Shown here: positions 61,421 to 64,000 of the stretch, piece after piece
Layout: each line of letters begins with the position of its first letter
Numbering within the stretch: the stretch's first letter is position 1
Assembly: GCA_963933835.1 (NCBI GenBank)
Contig: CAWVVV010000003.1
Span: forward strand, 64,001-128,000
Reading direction: 5' to 3'
Length of the DNA: 64,000 nucleotides
Source of the DNA: an uncultured Puniceicoccaceae bacterium
Lineage (GTDB): Bacteria; Verrucomicrobiota; Verrucomicrobiia; Opitutales; Oceanipulchritudinaceae
Notes under the pieces: model-generated
Seen by the model: the letters and a program-made list of their open reading frames with translations, nothing else
What the model was told of the DNA's origin: nothing
Database searches by the model: none
Program-made: the position numbers and the translations under genes

Positions 61421-62260
61421 CTACGGGAGCCAAGGATACTGGCCGAAGTCGGGCTTCCGTTTTTCAAGATAGGCTTTATGCCCTTCTTCTCCCTGTTCAG
61501 TGAGGTAGTAGAGCAAGGTCGCGTTGCCCGCCAGCTCTTGAATGCCAGACTGTCCATCGACGTCGGCGTTAAAAGCACTCTTTAGGCAGCGGATCGCAAG
61601 TGGGCTGTGCTGGAGAATCTCACTCGCCCATTGCTCACCTTCGGCATCGAGCTCGGCGAGGGGAACAACCTTATTCACAAGGCCCATTTTTTCCGCTTCA
61701 TCCGCGTCGTATTGACGACATAAATACCAAATCTCGCGGGCTTTCTTTTGCCCAACGATACGAGCAAGATAGCTAGAGCCAAAGCCACCATCAAAGCTTC
61801 CGACTTTCGGTCCGGTTTGACCAAAAATTGCGTTATCCGCTGCTATGGTGAGATCGCAGACAACTTGCAGGACGTTCCCGCCTCCGATTGCGTAGCCAGC
61901 AACCAATGCGATCACCACCTTGGGCATTCCGCGGATCAGTTTCTGTAGATCCAGCACATTGAGACGAGGCACACCGTCTTTACCGATGTATCCACCCTCC
62001 TGCTCACCGCGGATTTTTTGGTCACCTCCACTACAGAAGGCAAATTTCCCGTCCGTTTGCGGATTTGCGCCTCTTAGCAGGACGACACCTACCGAAGTAT
62101 CATCCTTCGCATCGGTAAAAGCTGCTATCATCTCACTCACCGTATCGGGAGTGAAAGCATTCCGGCGGTGCGGACGGTTGATCGTGACGCGAGCGACGCC
62201 AGCCGCCTTCTCGTATACGATATCTTCGAAGCTAAACTTTGATACGATCTGCCAATCCAT
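61421..62260 (-). CDS. menB: 1,4-dihydroxy-2-naphthoyl-CoA synthase
   Basis: [37 protein letters not shown]. Confidence 0.96.
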   Translation of the reverse strand: MDWQIVSKFSFEDIVYEKAAGVARVTINRPHRRNAFTPDTVSEMIAAFTDAKDDTSVGVVLLRGANPQTDGKFAFCSGGDQKIRGEQEGGYIGKDGVPRLNVLDLQKLIRGMPKVVIALVAGYAIGGGNVLQVVCDLTIAADNAIFGQTGPKVGSFDGGFGSSYLARIVGQKKAREIWYLCRQYDADEAEKMGLVNKVVPLAELDAEGEQWASEILQHSPLAIRCLKSAFNADVDGQSGIQELAGNATLLYYLTEQGEEGHKAYLEKRKPDFGQYPWLP

Positions 62261-62439
62261 AACCTACACAAATGCCTCCCGCCTTCTTGTGCAAGCAACA
62301 CGCAAAATAGTTCGGCCGATTTAGTTGGCGGCAACTACCGCTCAGCCGTCCGCCTCGACGCACTACTCCCTAACCCGGCTAAGAAAAGCGTCGAGCGTAA
62401 TACATAAAGTCCACCCCATCGGGCCCAATACCGAAACGA

Positions 62440-63975
62440 TCAGGCTTTCTCTGGCCGAGGAAAGAGAATCGTTTTCTCGCCAAGGACCGTGCCCTCAAGA
62501 CGAGTGCTCCAGTCGAGCTCGCCTTCCCAGCGCGTCACAGGCCCCTGCCCAAGAAGCTCCAAAATACGATCTGACATACCTGGCATGACAGGCTTGAGAT
62601 ATACGCCCGTCAGGCGCAGGCCTTCGGCCACGAGCGTGAGCGAGGTCTGGAGTGTTTCTTGATCCTTCGCCTCTTCGGATTTAGCCAGCATCCAAGGCTG
62701 ACGCGCCTCTAGGTAACGGTTCATCTCGTTACAGAACTCAAAGAGGAGATCCATCGACTTGTGAAACTGGAAGCCTTTGTAAGCGTCGAGTATCTCACCA
62801 GAGGCTTTGCCCCAAGCCTGGGTTAAAGTCTGCTCAGGAGACTCGTTGATCGTGGCTGCAGCGAGACCCTCCGGCGCGCTCTTGCTAGCCATATTCAGGA
62901 GGCGGCTGACAAGGTTCCCAAGATTCTTACTCAGGTCCCCATTGTAGCGCATCAGAAAGGATTCTTCAGTGAAATCACTGTCCTGCCCCACGCTCATTTC
63001 TCGAATCAGATAGTAACGCAGAGCATCAGAACCATACTTGTCCGCAAACTCAAGCGGATCGATCGTCATTCCACTGCTCTTCGACATTTTCGAACCACCG
63101 ATGTGCCACCAGCCGTGAACGAGGAGCGATTTCGGCGGTTCAACCCCGATCGCTTTGAGTATGATTGGCCAGTATACAGCATGAGCTGGGACGAGAATAT
63201 CCTTACCGATGACATGAAAATCACAGGGCCATTTCTTCTCGAAATCGTCGGTCCCATAGCCAGCACCCGTGATGTAGTTGATCAAGGCGTCGAACCAAAC
63301 GTAAGTCACATATCCTTCGTCGAAGGGTAGACGAATGCCCCAGTCAAGACGCTCCACTGGGCGCGAGATGCAGAGGTCGTTGATTGGGTCCTTAAGAAAC
63401 TCGAGGACTTGCTTTTGCCGGTAGTAAGGAAAAACGAATTCGTTGTTCTTAAGGAAATCGATCAACCAATCCTGATACTTTGAAAGCCGAAAGAAGTAGT
63501 TTGTTTCTTCGATCTCTTCTACTTTGCCGTAGATCTCCGGCCATGAGTCATCTTCATTGCGTTCCTTCTCCAGAACGAACTGTTCTTGGCGCGTCGAATA
63601 GTAGCCCTTGTAGGCGTCTTTGTAGATCTCTCCGCGATCAAATAAATCCTGTAAGATTGAGCTTACGACCTTCTTGTGGCGCTCTTCAGTCGTGCGGATG
63701 AAGTCGTCGTTAGAAATATTGAGCGTCTCACATAGCTGCACAAAAAACGGGGCCAGTTCATTAGTCAGATCCTCAGCGGTCTTACCCTGCTTCTCAGCCG
63801 TCTGCACCACCTTTTGACCATGCTCATCGATCCCAGTGAGAAAGTGCACCTCGTCCCCCATCAGCCGACGAGAACGTGCAACAACGTCAGTCAGCACTTT
63901 TTCGTAGGCGTGGCCTAGATGCGGACGCCCATTGGCGTAATCGATCGCGGTAGTGATGTAGAAGGTCTTCTTCAT
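62440..63975 (-). CDS. metG: methionine--tRNA ligase (short form)
   Basis: YITTAIDYAN, HLGH, YVWFDALINY, KMSKS. Confidence 0.97.
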   Translation of the reverse strand: MKKTFYITTAIDYANGRPHLGHAYEKVLTDVVARSRRLMGDEVHFLTGIDEHGQKVVQTAEKQGKTAEDLTNELAPFFVQLCETLNISNDDFIRTTEERHKKVVSSILQDLFDRGEIYKDAYKGYYSTRQEQFVLEKERNEDDSWPEIYGKVEEIEETNYFFRLSKYQDWLIDFLKNNEFVFPYYRQKQVLEFLKDPINDLCISRPVERLDWGIRLPFDEGYVTYVWFDALINYITGAGYGTDDFEKKWPCDFHVIGKDILVPAHAVYWPIILKAIGVEPPKSLLVHGWWHIGGSKMSKSSGMTIDPLEFADKYGSDALRYYLIREMSVGQDSDFTEESFLMRYNGDLSKNLGNLVSRLLNMASKSAPEGLAAATINESPEQTLTQAWGKASGEILDAYKGFQFHKSMDLLFEFCNEMNRYLEARQPWMLAKSEEAKDQETLQTSLTLVAEGLRLTGVYLKPVMPGMSDRILELLGQGPVTRWEGELDWSTRLEGTVLGEKTILFPRPEKA

Positions 63976-64000
63976 AGGTAAAAGTAAAGCGATTGAAAGG

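Overview
Bacterial chromosomal window, inferred from gene content and style to be Verrucomicrobiota (Opitutales-like); this was not verified by any search. It is mostly housekeeping: cysS, sufE, a six-gene TonB2-type operon, rsmI, ppx, slyD, csp, trpF, 6S RNA, serA-plsY-hom-lysC-thrC-mscS, tRNA-Asp, an octaheme cytochrome-TPR protein, a PAS kinase with cheW-cheD, trmL-smpB-rpoZ, prfB with its programmed frameshift, ligA, fbaA, menB and metG. The best candidate for an undescribed system is an 11 kb cluster at 43250-54177. It encodes an ACP-FabZ-like fusion, a ketosynthase, a serine-palmitoyltransferase-like PLP enzyme, an SDR and four glycosyltransferase domains. One of these GTs is fused to HAD and PRTase-like domains resembling PRPP-dependent ribofuranosyltransferases. 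Together they suggest a glyco(sphingo)lipid pathway. Other points of interest: a hypothetical protein with HipA/PI3K-like kinase motifs, a LigA lacking all four zinc-finger cysteines but carrying a clamp-binding-like QVDLF insert, a chimeric pilB/FAH junction, and several genes with single lesions (decay or assembly error). No CRISPR, rRNA, transposase or integrase was seen. All calls come from motif recognition by eye.
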